From: Octopus vulgaris
Taxonomy: Eukaryota
DNA length: 64,000 nucleotides
Direction of reading: 5' to 3'
Assembly: GCA_951406725.2 (NCBI GenBank)
Contig: OX597830.1
Span: 55,428,001-55,492,000, forward strand
Below, one piece after another: positions 1 to 13,532 of the stretch (position 1 is its first letter; each line of letters begins with the position of its first letter). The position numbers and the translations under genes are program-made. The notes under the pieces are model-generated. The model saw nothing but the letters and a program-made list of their open reading frames with translations. It was not told the DNA's origin and ran no database searches.

Positions 1-70
1 AACACCAAATATATAGTGCGTGTGTTTTTATTGGCTAAACTGGCAAAATGACCATTCCGAAATATAACAA
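1..70 (+). mobile_element. End of a Penelope-like pseudo-LTR, same family as 39496-39568
   Basis: aacaccaaatatatagtgcgtgtgttttt(a)ttggctaaactggcaa is nearly identical to 39496-39541 and to the reverse complement within 38505-38575. Confidence 0.75.
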
Positions 71-1025
<955 letters not shown>

Positions 1026-1447
1026 AGGCACACGCACATCCGAACATCAAATAACACCTCTGTCCACGTCATTAGAAAATTATATGACGTCTTACGCAGC
1101 TTTCACGGAAAATACTGAGAACAGCGGTAGATTGTCTGACAACCTGAATGATTCTTTGAAACTATTTTTATTTTGAAGAATGAATCATAAATAAACAACG
1201 AAGATGGATACGAAGAGACGATGTCTTTAGATTGTGTACTCTTACAGAATATGTCGACATTATTATTGTTGTTGTTGTTCTTGTCATTTTGTATTTCGGT
1301 TATTCTATCGCATTCTTGTATTAATTCTCTGTGTGCGGTGTCTGTCTATCTATCTGTCTGTCTGTCTCTCTTCCCCCCTCTCTCTCTCTGTCGCCTCTCT
1401 GTCTCTTTCTGTTTCTCTCTATCTATCTGTGTATGTATATGTATGTA

Positions 1448-1519
<72 letters not shown>

Positions 1520-1682
1520 CGTATGTGTATAAGCCGACGAAGGCGAGCAAGTTGAAACTTCGAAGCCATTGTCAGTCGTTTCCTTGTGGAAGTTTAATAA
1601 GCATGTACTGTTCTACAAATTATTGAATAACCCTTAAGATTAATGTTAATTTGTATTTATAAATGACACGATATACGATCAC

Positions 1683-1735
<53 letters not shown>

Positions 1736-1763
1736 CTCACACTCACACACATATATGCATATA

Positions 1764-2076
1764 TTGTTTTTGTTTTTGTTTTGTTCCTTCTCGAGCCACG
1801 CCTACTTCATAAGGGCTGGTTTCCCGGTTTCCTTGGCGTATAGGTTCCCCACCTGGACGGGACACCGGTCCGTCGCAAGTGAGCTGCAAGATGCAGAAGG
1901 AAAGAGTGAGAGAAAGTTGTGGTGAAAGAGTCAGCAGAGGTTCGCTATTACCTTCTGTCAGAGCCGCTTGGAGCTTAGGTGTTTCGCCCATAAACACACA
2001 CATCGCCCGCTCTGAGATTCGAACCCACGATCCCTCGATCGCGAGTCCGCTGCTCTAACCACTAGGCCATATGCCC
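1764..2076 (-). mobile_element. Full-length tRNA-derived SINE (family C) with (CAAAA)n tail
   Basis: Minus strand begins GGGCATATGGCCTAGTGGTTAGAGC (A box) ... GGGTTCGAATC (B box); body contains GCGACGGACCGGTGTCCCGTCCAGG; ends in an A-rich repeat. Confidence 0.85.
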
Positions 2077-2078
2077 AT

Positions 2079-2884
2079 GTTTACTTTCAACATTTTAGAC
2101 AAAATTTCGTATTTTAAAAGTTATTTAGTGCTAAAGTTGTCGTATTTGGGTAATTTTAATCAATCAGCGACGTGTATTCAGTTGAAGAAAGCTGTTTGCT
2201 ATGGTAATTGAAGAGCAACAACTTCCGGGTCATCTCTTCTAAATGTCACCACTCTGTTCTATTTTATTTTTGTTTACTGCCTGTGTTGCATATTACATGT
2301 TTTGCTTGGGGGGGGGGGGGCTTCTCGCGTCGGAGTAACCAGTAAACGTCGAAGAATCAACACCAAGAAGGAAGAAATATTATTTACATATATTTATTCG
2401 TTTGCCCGACATGTATTTAGAGATACAGCAATAACTGTAGTGGCAGTGACAAGTTCGCTCGCTGGTTGGTAGTTGATAGTGTAGAAGTTGTTGTCTGCCA
2501 GTAGAGAGAGAAAGAGTAAGGAATGCAACGTGCTGACTAGACTGGAAGAAAGGATAAAGGTGGCATCGTTTTTCTTGCGACCGAAAGTTTCTATTTTGTG
2601 TCAGCTATGACAAGGAGTAACACTTTCCCTCCGCCCTTGACCCGGAAGTTGTTGCTCTTCGATTACTGGGGCAAACAGCCGTAGCTTTCTTCAACTGAAT
2701 ACACGTCGTTGATTGGTTAAAATTACCCAAATACTTTAACACAAAAGAACTTCTAAAATACGAAGTTTTGTCAAAAATACTGAAAGTAAACCGTGTTCAG
2801 CATGAGTAATTATACCAGTATACGAAGTTTCAAACTGTTTAGTTAAAAGAAAAATTCAATCTGTGTGCGAAACTGAAGAGATCC
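2079..2884. mobile_element. Non-autonomous DNA transposon with long (~150 bp) inverted repeats
   Basis: 2079-2232 is the imperfect reverse complement of 2638-2791 (e.g. gaagagcaacaacttccgggtca / tgacccggaagttgttgctcttc); the right arm continues to ...gaagagatcc and resembles 49060-49258. Confidence 0.8.
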
Positions 2885-2887
2885 TAG

Positions 2888-3115
2888 CAATCTCCACCCC
2901 GATAGCAATGAGAAGGGGTAAGATCCGGGGACCAAGAACGCCGGAGGTCTCCACTGCCACAGATTACACCATAAACCTTTGAGAGTGACCAATACCTTCA
3001 TAGTTTGCTCTTCTCAGCCTCACGAGCAGCGGAATCTGGACTGGTAGCTGAACACATCTGGTTGCCACTGGAGAAGGTGTCACATGTGGCACCCCAAATG
3101 ACGGGGGTCCTGTCA
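2888..3115 (-). pseudogene. Decayed restriction-like endonuclease fragment of a CRE-like non-LTR retrotransposon
   Basis: Manual translation: IWGATCDTFSSGNQMCSATSPDSAAREAEKSKL*RYWSL, then after a frameshift VAVETSGVLG, matching the WDxTCxDT...AAxxAExxKxxKY...AVETxGxxG pattern. Confidence 0.7.
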
Positions 3116-3515
3116 AAGTCATTCAGAACACATCTATTGTAAGTGATGCTTCATGGCCGAGTGATTTTGGATTGGCTCTTAGTATTTGTGTCATACAGTT
3201 TATCCCCCACCCACAAAATCTCTTTGTGTTTAAAGCTGTGATCTAGCTTTATGTTATCAGTGATCGGCGTTCAATTGTTTGATACTTTCAGTCAGTTTTA
3301 AGCAGTTTCCTAATATTTCATTTGCTTTATTTCCTCCGCGAACGTTAAAAACGTGAAACTCGAAGTAATGACGAGTAGAGTTTCAGCTCATATCACAAAT
3401 CTGGTATTTTACTCTCTCTTTACAGTCTTTACTCTACTTTTAATGACCAGGCTCCGTTAGTGACCCGCGAAACTCGAAGTATCATGGAATCCTAATCAAA
3501 CTGTTTAAAATATAA

Positions 3516-3947
<432 letters not shown>

Positions 3948-4383
3948 ATATATATATGTATATATATATATATGACTGTCTGTCTTGGTACCAAAATGAG
4001 AGAGTCAACACACATTCTATATCTTTTTTCGCTGAAGCAAATTTTCAAATCTAAATTTTAAGTTCGCTAGTTTTCTTTATTAAGTAATCGACTGGATTGT
4101 AAACTCTTTATTCAAATGCCTAGGTATTATGAGCGTGAGTTTGTGATTATTCTTTATATTTTGTATCTTTTCGTTTGTCTTGCTCGCTTAAGTTCTGGCT
4201 TTTGCTGAATTTTCTTGGGAACAATCTTTTCTTAATGGTCAGACCATATGGGGTTTACCTCTAGCATAATGGATGCCCACTTAGTGACTATTCCTTTTAT
4301 ATGTATGTAATATAATTTTTCTGAATCTTCAGATTTTTCAAAATGCTAGGCCAATTCAATTTTTCATCCTTATTATTTAAATT

Positions 4384-4447
<64 letters not shown>

Positions 4448-4541
4448 AGTATGTGTGTATGTATATATGTATATCTGTCTGTGTATGTATATATGTATAT
4501 CTGTCTGTCTGTATGTATGTATGTATGTATGTATGTATGTA

Positions 4542-5200
4542 TACGAGGGGAAGTCAAATATTATCCGCACTTTCGCCATAACATATCTTTATTGTTGTCA
4601 CACGGCCTTCTGCGCATGCGTGTTTATAGTAGGCACTATTGTGGTCACTCGAAGTTCGAGCCTGATCGCGCCGTTTTTCTTTCTGGCTTTACAGTGTAAG
4701 CATGGCCACTCCACTAGCAATGGGCACCAAAGAAGAACAAAGGGCAGTGATCCGATTTCTCTGACTGGAAGGTGTGTCAGGTGCTGAAATTCATCAGAGG
4801 CTTTTAGCACAATACGGGGACAGTGCTCTACCGCATAAAATTGTGTATGAGTGAATCGAGAAGTGTAAAAGTGGCTGGACAAGCGTCACGTACGAAGAAG
4901 GAGCAGGATGCCCGTCAACCGCCACCACTGACGAGAAGATTCAGCAAGCGCGAGAAATGGTAATGGTGAACCGGTTTCACCATTACCATCTCTTGGATCA
5001 CTGCTCTTTTTTTTTTTTCATTTTTGGTGCACATTGCTAGCGGAGCATATACTGTAAAAGAAAATGGCGCGATCAGGTTCAAACTTCGATCACGTGACTA
5101 CAATAGTACCAACTACAAGCACACATTCATAGAAGGCAGTGTGACAATAATAAAGATATGCTATGGCGTAAGTGCGGACAATTTTTATATTTCATTCGTA
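4542..5200. mobile_element. Palindromic mariner derivative: left end plus transposase N-terminus, then an inverted left end; TA at both ends
   Basis: TA-CGAGGGGAAGTC start and ttcattcg-TA end; 4544-4755 mirrors 4995-5198; ATG at 4702 reads MATPLAMGTKEEQRAVIRFL*LEGVSGAEIHQRLLAQYGDSALPHKIVYE*IEKCKSGWTSV (mariner HTH). Confidence 0.85.
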
Positions 5201-5221
5201 TATATATCTGTTTGTATATAT

Positions 5222-5396
5222 AAGGCGGCGTGCTGGCAGAGTTCAAATTCCGCCGAGGTCGACTTTGCCTTTCATCCTTTCGGGGTCGATAAATAAAGTA
5301 CCAGTTTCGCACTGGGGTCGATGTAATCGACTTAATCCCTTTGTCTGTCCTTGTTTGTCCCCTCTATGTTTAACCCCCTGTGGGTAATAAAGAAAT
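5222..5396 (+). mobile_element. SINE family B, internally deleted copy
   Basis: aaggcggcg...gagttcaaattccgccgaggtcgactttgcctttcatcctttcggggtcgataaa core shared with about ten copies in the window. Confidence 0.85.
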
Positions 5397-5796
5397 ATAT
5401 ATATATCCGTTTGTATATACATGTATATTCGCACACATAAAATGTTTACACACACAAACTTACACACATCCATATATGTGTATTTACGCGCACGTATGAG
5501 TGTGTGTGTGTACGTGTGTGTGTGACTATTGCTAAAGTGACTCGTACTTCACCACGACAATCAACCATCCATCAACGTCACCATTATCCCGACCACTACA
5601 ACCACTAGCACACATGCATTCCTACAAACACCACAGAGACACCCAACGTGCCATCTGTTGTCAGATTTTTCAAAATGTCATTGCGCTGTTGGCCTGCGCT
5701 GTTTGTGGTGGCTTCTGGTGTGGAATAGGGCGAGTGGCGTGATGGTAGGAGTATTTCCGATCCGAATAAAAAGAAAAGTGAGAGAGGAGTAGGAGA

Positions 5797-5829
<33 letters not shown>

Positions 5830-6042
5830 TAGAAAGAAGTAGAGACAGAGGCTGAGATGGGGAGAGTGAGAGAGAAGGGAGGGAGCTTTATCACAATATT
5901 CTCTTGTGATGCTGCAACGGTGTGACATTCTTCAACGATGTGTTTGATTGAAGAACGAAGCCCAGATGTGCTTACTCTCCTCCTCCTCCTCCTCCTCATC
6001 ATCATCATCATCACCATCACTATCATCATCATACTACTACTA

Positions 6043-6077
<35 letters not shown>

Positions 6078-7497
6078 CACTACTACTTGCCATGATCATC
6101 TCCGTCACTAACAACAGCAACAACAACAGCGCCGACAACACCATACAACGTTTAGAGAAAGGAGAGAAAGGGTGCAGGAGGAGAAGAGAGAGAGAGAGAA
6201 AGATTGCTAGAAGATAGAATGAATTGATTTTTGTTTTTATTACGTTTTTTTTGTATTCTCCTTTCTTTTTTCTTTTAGCCAATATTATCAAGTGAGAATC
6301 TAATTAGTATAATTATATTTTGATTGGAAAGTTGTTGCAACCGGAAAAAGCAGAAGTTGTTGGAAGAGGATGGCGAGGAAGGTTGAAAAGAAGGAGAAGA
6401 AGAAGAAGAAGAAGAAGAAGAAGAAGAAGAAGAAGAAGAAAAACAACAACAAGGGGGAATAGGGGAGGAGGGGAGGAGGAGGAGGAGGAGGAGGTGGTGG
6501 TGGTTATGATGATGATGATGATGATGATGAGAAGGAGAAGCCACGAAAACAACATGAGAAACAAAAACAACCAAACAACACGTAATCTATGTTTCCTTAA
6601 TGTCGTCTGCTTCTCTCAGAATGAGAGAGAGAGAGAGAGTGAGTTAACTTGAATGGACGTAATTTAGTGTCAAATGAGAATTCTATCCTGTAAAGAGAAT
6701 TGAATTGCAAGATGTGTACCAGAGTTTCAAACAAGATAGAATTAACCAGATCACTAACTGCAATAGATATTTATTCATTTATATTTATTTATTCAATCTT
6801 GTTGGTGTTGTTACGGCTGTTATTGTTATTGTTATTGTTATTGTTGCCAAGACAGAAAAGAAAGAAAAATAAACTTTTGCTTTTGTAATATTCCTGTTTT
6901 GATGCGAAAGATAGAACGGGATTGTTCCTCGGCGTTCGTTGACATTTAGTCTCGTGGTTGTATAACCATTTGATTTAAGCCTTTGGCAACTGGACTGATC
7001 AACTGACGATGGTACTCTACGCTTAAACATATGGTCATCTGGTAAAATATATGGTCATCTGGCAAGTCAAGATAATTGTACATTACACAGCATTCGTTCA
7101 GCTGGACGAGTCAACTAGCTATTATTCTTTTATTTTTTTTATTCTTTTTCTTGTTTCAGTCATTTCACTGCGGCCATGCTGGAGCACCACCTTAAAGTGT
7201 TTAAGTCGAAGAAATCGGCTCCAGGACTTATTCTTTGTAAGCCTAGTACTTATTTTATTTGTCTTTAAGTTACGGGGACGTAAACACACTAACAACAGTT
7301 GTCACGCGATGGCGGGCGAACAAACACAGGCGGGCTTCTTTCAGTTTCCGACAAACAGACGGGCTTCTTTCAATTTCCGCTAACCACATCCACTCACAAG
7401 GCTTTGATCCGCTCGAGGCTACAGTATAAGACTCTTGCCCAAGGTGCCACGCAGTGGGACTGAACCCGGAACCATGTGGTTAGGAAGCAAGCTTCTT

Positions 7498-8441
7498 TAT
7501 TTCATTAAATTTACCACAAGGGCAGTACACAGAGAGAAGCTTGAGGGCTAGACAGAGACATTAATGGGATGAATGATGATGATATATGGATGATAAGGAT
7601 GGGAGAAAACGGAAAGCTCCCGCCGACTTTCGCTTCTCTAAAACATTGTTTTTTTTCTTGCAAAATCGCAAGCTTCTTTGGGGGAGTCAAATAGCAACAA
7701 GACCGTTGCAAATTTGACTCCCCGTGAAATAAATTTAATAGCTGGCATGTATTCTGCCAGCTCTTTCAAAATTGTGGCTTTCGGTAAGACGGTTATGGTA
7801 TCGAGCAATTTTGAATAAGTCCTCAACACCACCGTCTTCCTTTCGAGCTCTTTTAGCCATGATTTGGGAGGTGTTAATTCCCACACTAATATTTCCTTTG
7901 CCATTTTTTTTTTAAATAAAAAGTTCAAATATAGTTCGTCAATACGTTTTCAAATAAAGAAAGATACACAAAAAAGAAAGAAGACACAACAGAAGGGAAG
8001 AAAAAATAAAAATAACAGTTCAAATAAAGATCTTTTTTTTTTTAAATAATTGATAGATGTGAAAAGAGAGTTCAAATCCAGGCAAAGAAATAAATTTTCG
8101 GCCGAAAGGTACTCCTGGCCAATTCTTTTAATCCACGTGGGCACAATACAATTTCTCACAATTATGTGAGACAACACACACGTCTCCACCGCAAGGCAGA
8201 CAAAAAGCTTCGAATGCAGTAAGGACTCCCTGTCTGTTCAAAAAAAAATAATAAAACCAACAGGCAACAAATCCTACCGGACTCAGAAAGCAAAAAGTCT
8301 TACCTTACAGCGTTTTTCAGTTCAACTTTCGCCAGCTGCATACCAGCGTGACGACTTTTAACAGGTGCGTGAAGAACACTGTTTTTGTTCTTTTTTCTTT
8401 TTAGGACGGAGCTCAGACCGAGGCGTCCTCTCAGTTCAACC
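7498..8441 (-). mobile_element. Internally deleted LINE-like element (5' UTR, ORF1 start, 3' tail) with 15-bp TSD
   Basis: Bounded by the direct duplication; carries a complex-sequence ORF and a pyrimidine-rich 3' end finishing ...cccttgtggtaaatttaatgaaata. Confidence 0.7.
7638..7904 (-). pseudogene. Truncated ORF1-like protein with an RRM-like motif
   Basis: MAKEILVWELTPPKSW...KFATVLLLFDSPKEACDFARK; the RNP1-like FATVLLLFDSxxEA resembles LINE ORF1 RRM domains. Clade assignment is inference. Confidence 0.5.
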
Positions 8442-8724
8442 GGAAGCAAGCTTCTTACCACACGGCCACGCCTGCGCCTGCATCTATTTTATAATAAAAT
8501 AATGTCTATTTTATTTTTTCTCTTTTACTTCTTTAATTTTGACAGTTTTGTTGATGGCTTGAATCCGTAATCTATGTAGATTTCCCCTTTCTGGTTCTGA
8601 GAGGACTAATTTCTCATGATTGGTGCTTAGGCAGTGTGTTGCATATAATAGTACCATGATAATTACAGGTGTAATTCTTTAACTCAGTTTGTATGTATGT
8701 ACGGATGTATGAACAAATGTATGT

Positions 8725-9016
8725 AGTAGGTAGGTAGGTAGGTAGGTAGGTAGGTAGGTAGGTAGGTAGGTATGTAGGTAGGTAGGTAGGTAGGTAGGTA
8801 GGTAGGTAGGTAGGTAGGTAGGTAGGTAGGTATGTAGGTAGGTAGGTAGGTAGGTAGGTAGGTAGGTAGGTAGGTAGGTAGGTAGGTAGGTAGGTAGGTA
8901 GCTAGCTAGCTAGCTAGCTAGATTGGTAGGTATACGACGGACTTGTTTCACTTTCCATCTCTGCTCACAAGGCATTGGTCGGGCCGGGGCTAAGGGTAGA
9001 AGGCACTTGCCCAAGA
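8725..9016. repeat. (GGTA)n tract followed by a family A SINE fragment (8935-9016, minus)
   Basis: Visible repeat; ctcacaaggcattggtcgggccggggc...cacttgcccaag. Confidence 0.75.
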
Positions 9017-9693
9017 TGGTGAATAGGTCTATATCTAAGTTTTGAGGGTGAGGTGAAGTGAAAGGCTGTGAAAGATCAAATTGAAGGATATTTGAGTGAA
9101 GATTTTCGACAACAAATTAACTCGACTGATCATCAGTAAAGAATGTTTGATTAATACATAATATTGAGATATTCGATGATAGTTCTTCAATTGATGGAAA
9201 ATAGATCGGACATAATGAAGAGGTACAAACGGAAAGAGATAGCTCACTAAATCCGCATATGAGTGTTGGTGTATTCAGCCTACCAGTTTTGACAAAATGA
9301 AGATACCATTATTGGAAGAATGAATGTACCAGTATTGGTAGAGTGTTTATATGAATTTTGGTTGAATACAGTACCGTGCAAAATTCTTCGTCCACTTTAG
9401 ACTATTGTAAATTTCTACTAATTGCCAACTAATTGCGTTTTTCACAGATGAAACATTGGCCTTGTTGGGGTTATTTCCATATCTAATCTTTATATTTTGT
9501 AGTAGGGGTTCTGAATGAGAGGGGAAGATGCGAGACGACCACCAAAATTGGCCGTGCAAATGTTTTCGGACACCTCACATAAACCAATCAACATTCAGTG
9601 TTTTAAACGAGAAAATGCCTATAATGAAAATTTATTACATAATGTTCATTTCAAGAAGTTACTGTACATTGTTAACATTTCATGTGGTTTCCC

Positions 9694-9960
9694 TTAGCTT
9701 GAATAATTTGCTTCAATGCGCATGGGAAGAGATGCGTACAAATCCATCACCATCTTCACGGGTATGAGAAGCCTTTCTCTGTGGCTGAGCTCCCACAACA
9801 TTTCAAGATTACGTGGATTCTTCTGACAAACTCTTCTCTTTAGTTTTGCCAACATTTGCCCGATGATATTTAAGTCAGGGCTCTGAGCTGGCCAGTCTTT
9901 CAATACGGTAACGCCGTCATCACCCATTTCTTGAAGGTCGTTCATGTACTGCTTTCCAGT
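9694..9960 (-). pseudogene. Tc1-family transposase C-terminal fragment
   Basis: VLKDWPAQSPDLNIIGQMLAKLKRRV...LYASLPMRIEA matches the Tc1 WPxQSPDLNPIE and SMPxR motifs; the catalytic E is lost. Confidence 0.85.
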
Positions 9961-11689
9961 AATAGACAGAGCATATAGATAGGCGCTAATCTGCCAGAAT
10001 GAGGTTTCATTACACTGCTGTATATACTCCTCTCCAATTTCGTTAATATCTTTTAATACCGTATCTGGTGAAATTTTACTTACTTTGGTAGAGAATACGC
10101 TCTCCTCGGGCGAGTACTTCAAAGCCAAAGTTATTTTTCTCGAAAATTTTCAATAACGGCATATTTCACTGATAAATAATCCTTACTACTACTACTACGA
10201 CGACGACGACGACGACGACGACGACTACTACTACAATAATCGTTGCAGTTGTGCCTGCTATTTACCATAGTCGTGGTAGGGGGACAGTGGTCAGTTACTT
10301 TAGCCAGAAACAGGGTTTCGTTGGAACGCAGTATAGAATCTGTTGGAATGTCGCTGACTACGAAACCACGTGGCGTTCTCACACCATTCACGTTTTTGTT
10401 TTCGTTTATAGTGTTGGGGAGAACGTTATTTTCAGATATTTTTTAATGAAGTTACTTTCACTAACTTTCTTCCTAAATTCCACAAATTCTGCTTGTTGGC
10501 GTAAATGTTTCACAGTAAAATGATTTAGTTCTGAATGCAGATTGTCCCAATATAAGTCCAGTCGATTTCTATAGCCAGCAGCGAGTTTTTTTTTTCAATT
10601 TTCTGTAGCAGGTAAATAGACCAGTATTCAATTCGTAACTCCAAGAAAAAATGAGTTTTGTAGTTATGGTTTCTTCTGTAACTACGGCTAGAAAGAATAT
10701 ATTTACATGTTGAGCTGTTGTTTTCATTCTGCTCTTCATTTGCGTTGTTGTTGATGTTGGGAGCCTTTCGGGTGCAACACTGTCACCATCATTGGCTTCA
10801 GTTTCATTCCCACCGCTATTCACAATATTTTGTTTTTTCATTGTCACTCATATGAGGCTGCGATTATCAGGTTGCACAATTACCAGTGTTTTTATTATGA
10901 CACCATCACTAGATGTATCATTAATCAGTCCATAGGAGGCTCCACCCGTTTCCTTTCTTTATTATTATTATTATCGTCAGTGATATCACTGATATTGTTG
11001 TTTTTATGTATAGTAACAGCAGTAGTGGCAGGAACAGCAAGAGTAGCAGGGGTGGGGTAGTACTAAGGGTGGTAGCTGGGCCTCAGCTTCCTGTTTTATC
11101 ATAATAGTAGTAGTTGTTGTATTAACAGTTGCAGCATATTATTATTTTTATTTTTATCATAATCACCGTCACCACCACTACCATTGATATTATCATAATT
11201 ACTTTTTACATTTATCATTAAAAGATTTTACTAAATGTTCTTTATTTTCAACTTTTGTCTTTTACTTGAGATAATCATAAAAATATGGCTGTTGAAGGAA
11301 ATAGTTGGGTAGCAGCTTGGTGAAAAGATCATATTCTACAGGTCTATAAATAGATTCGGCAGATGGTGGGGAGGTCAGCCATCGAGACAAAAGAATCTTC
11401 TCACCCTTTGGGTCAGCAGAGGTCAAATATGTTTACTACTATCAGTGACCACTGAGAGCGCTCTTTTGGCCTTGAAAAGAAGCAATTCAACCTGTTCTAT
11501 TTGTAATTACTGGTAGAAAAAACAATAATATATATATACTGATATTCACGTCGTTGAATCTTTGAATTTCTGAATTCAATTGTGTTGTTGCAATAAAAGG
11601 TGGGTTTACGTATTTGGGTAATATATTAAAGTTTTAGTGTTTTCTTGAGATGTTCGTTTGTCTGTCCAGTTGGAGAATACAGCAGAACT

Positions 11690-12700
11690 TTTGCAAAGTT
11701 TACATTTTCGAATACTCAGGGAGAGTCACAAAGAAAAGAAAACGAGTTGTAGATAGCAAAGTTTTAAGATTTACTAAATATGGTCTTTTGAATGAATGCA
11801 CAGCGAAAATGGTAGTGTTCTTAGAATAAAAAGGTGGATGATGTTTACATTTTCGAATACTCAAGGAGAAAGGAAAGGATAGGTGTTCACAGTAGTTGTA
11901 GATATTAAAGGTTTTTTTTAAAGCTGATCGTTTGTATGTTCGAAAACTGTAGGTGTGTAAGTGTTTTCGCTTATTTTATTTTGGTGAAGATTTAAAATAT
12001 TCACAGGAAATTGTAGATACTCCAGTCTATGTAAATAGTAGGAGGTTGAGATGTTCACCTTGATGGACTTTTGAATTTCTGAATTTCTTTCTCTTTTTCT
12101 TTTGGAATTTTTCTTTTCTTTTTAAAAGTTTTACAGTTTTTGTAGTTGTACAGTATGTATATATTGGTAGGTGCTTCCTTAATTTTTTTTGTGCATTTAA
12201 TTGTTTTGTTACCATAAAGGGCATATTTACATATTCTGTTAGTAAGGGAAGGAAAGATATAATACTCACACAAAATTGGAGATATTATAATTTCAAAATT
12301 TTTGAGGTGTTCATTCGTATGTCCGTTCAGAGAAGACTGTGGCGTTTTTTGCAATAAAAAGTATGTTTACATTTTCGAATATTCAGGGGGAAAAAGGAAC
12401 GGAAAGAAAAGGAGGATAACATTTTTTCCGAGAAAATTGTTTATATTAAGGTTTTAAAATTTACTGAAGATGATTTTTTTCTCTGTCCGAACAGAGAAAA
12501 CTGTAGTGTTCTTGGAATAAAGATAATGCTTACATTTTCGAATACTCAGGGGGAAAGGAAAGGATAGGTATTCACAGGAGTTGTTGATATTAAATGTTTT
12601 AAAGCTGATCGTTTATGTGTTCGAAAGCTGTAGATATGTAAGTTCCTTAAATTATTTTGAGGGAAATTCAAAATACTCACAAGAAACTGTAGATATTCCA
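11690..12700. repeat. Diverged tandem repeat region
   Basis: ttacattttcgaata(c/t)tca recurs near 11700, 11845, 12368 and 12530; 11812-12020 aligns with 12503-12698. Confidence 0.75.
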
Positions 12701-12795
12701 TTCCATTACAATTATTATTCAGTTGTCCTGCTGAGTTGTATTAGTGTTTCTGTGTCTTCAGCTGCTGACAGGTCAGAGCAGCGTATGATTATTAC

Positions 12796-12835
<40 letters not shown>

Positions 12836-12904
12836 GTTGTTGTTGTTGTTGTTGTTATCATCATCATCATCATCTTCATCACTATTACCATCATCATCAT
12901 CATT

Positions 12905-13295
12905 AGGGGTGGTGAGCTGACAGAATCGTTAGGACGCCGGCTGAAATGCTCAGCGGTATTTCGCCTGTTGTTACGTTCTGAGTTCAAATTCCGCCGAGGT
13001 CGACTTTGCCTTTCATCCTTTCGGGATAAATTAAGTACCACTTACGTACTGGGATCGATGTAATCGACTTAATTCCTTTGTTTGTCCCCTCTATGTTTAG
13101 CCACTTGTGGGCAATAAAGAAAGAAGTATTTGACCCGTCGCTACGGTCTGAGTTCAAGTTCCGCCGAGGTCGACTTTACTCTTTCATCCTTTCGGGGTTG
13201 ATAAATTAAATACTAGTAAAACACTGGGGTCTATATAATTGACTAGTTCCCTCACCCCAAATTTTAGGCTTTGTGCCTATAGTAGAAAGGATTAT
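12905..13295 (+). mobile_element. Dimeric SINE family B
   Basis: Head ggtggtgagctgacagaatcgttag, core repeated twice, two different tails. Confidence 0.85.
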
Positions 13296-13481
13296 TTTTA
13301 TTTTTATCATTATCATTCTTATAGTTGTTGCTACAAAAAATGAAAAATGCAAAGGGAAGTCACGTGACCAAGTGCCATGCTTTTATATAATTCAAAGAGA
13401 TGGTAACGTACTAAATGACGTCTGACATAAAATGGTAAAATAGATACGTATATGTATATGGGTTTATGTATATACACACAT

Positions 13482-13532
<51 letters not shown>

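Larger units (their letters stand above)
7142..8478 (-). mobile_element. SINE family A split by a 944-bp insertion
   Basis: SINE sequence runs 7142-7497 and resumes 8442-8478 (ttaccacacggccacgcctgcgcc); ggaagcaagcttctt is duplicated at 7483-7497 and 8442-8456. Confidence 0.85.

Noticed and set aside
2005-2076. tRNA gene
   Set aside because: A and B boxes continue directly into a SINE body and tail; the same applies at 35096 and 53030.
6040-6150. Signal-peptide-like MVLSALLLLLLLVTEMIMA on the minus strand
   Set aside because: Hydrophobicity comes from (TTG)n and the frame stops in the adjacent repeat.
8403-8441. 5' cap of the insert resembling the 5.8S rRNA 3' end (acgcct..gtctgagc)
   Set aside because: The match is too short and gapped; only a local aggacg/cgtcct hairpin is supported.
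13355-13420. GTCACGTGAC palindrome with nearby TGACGT
   Set aside because: Isolated motifs between repeats with no supporting promoter or exon evidence.
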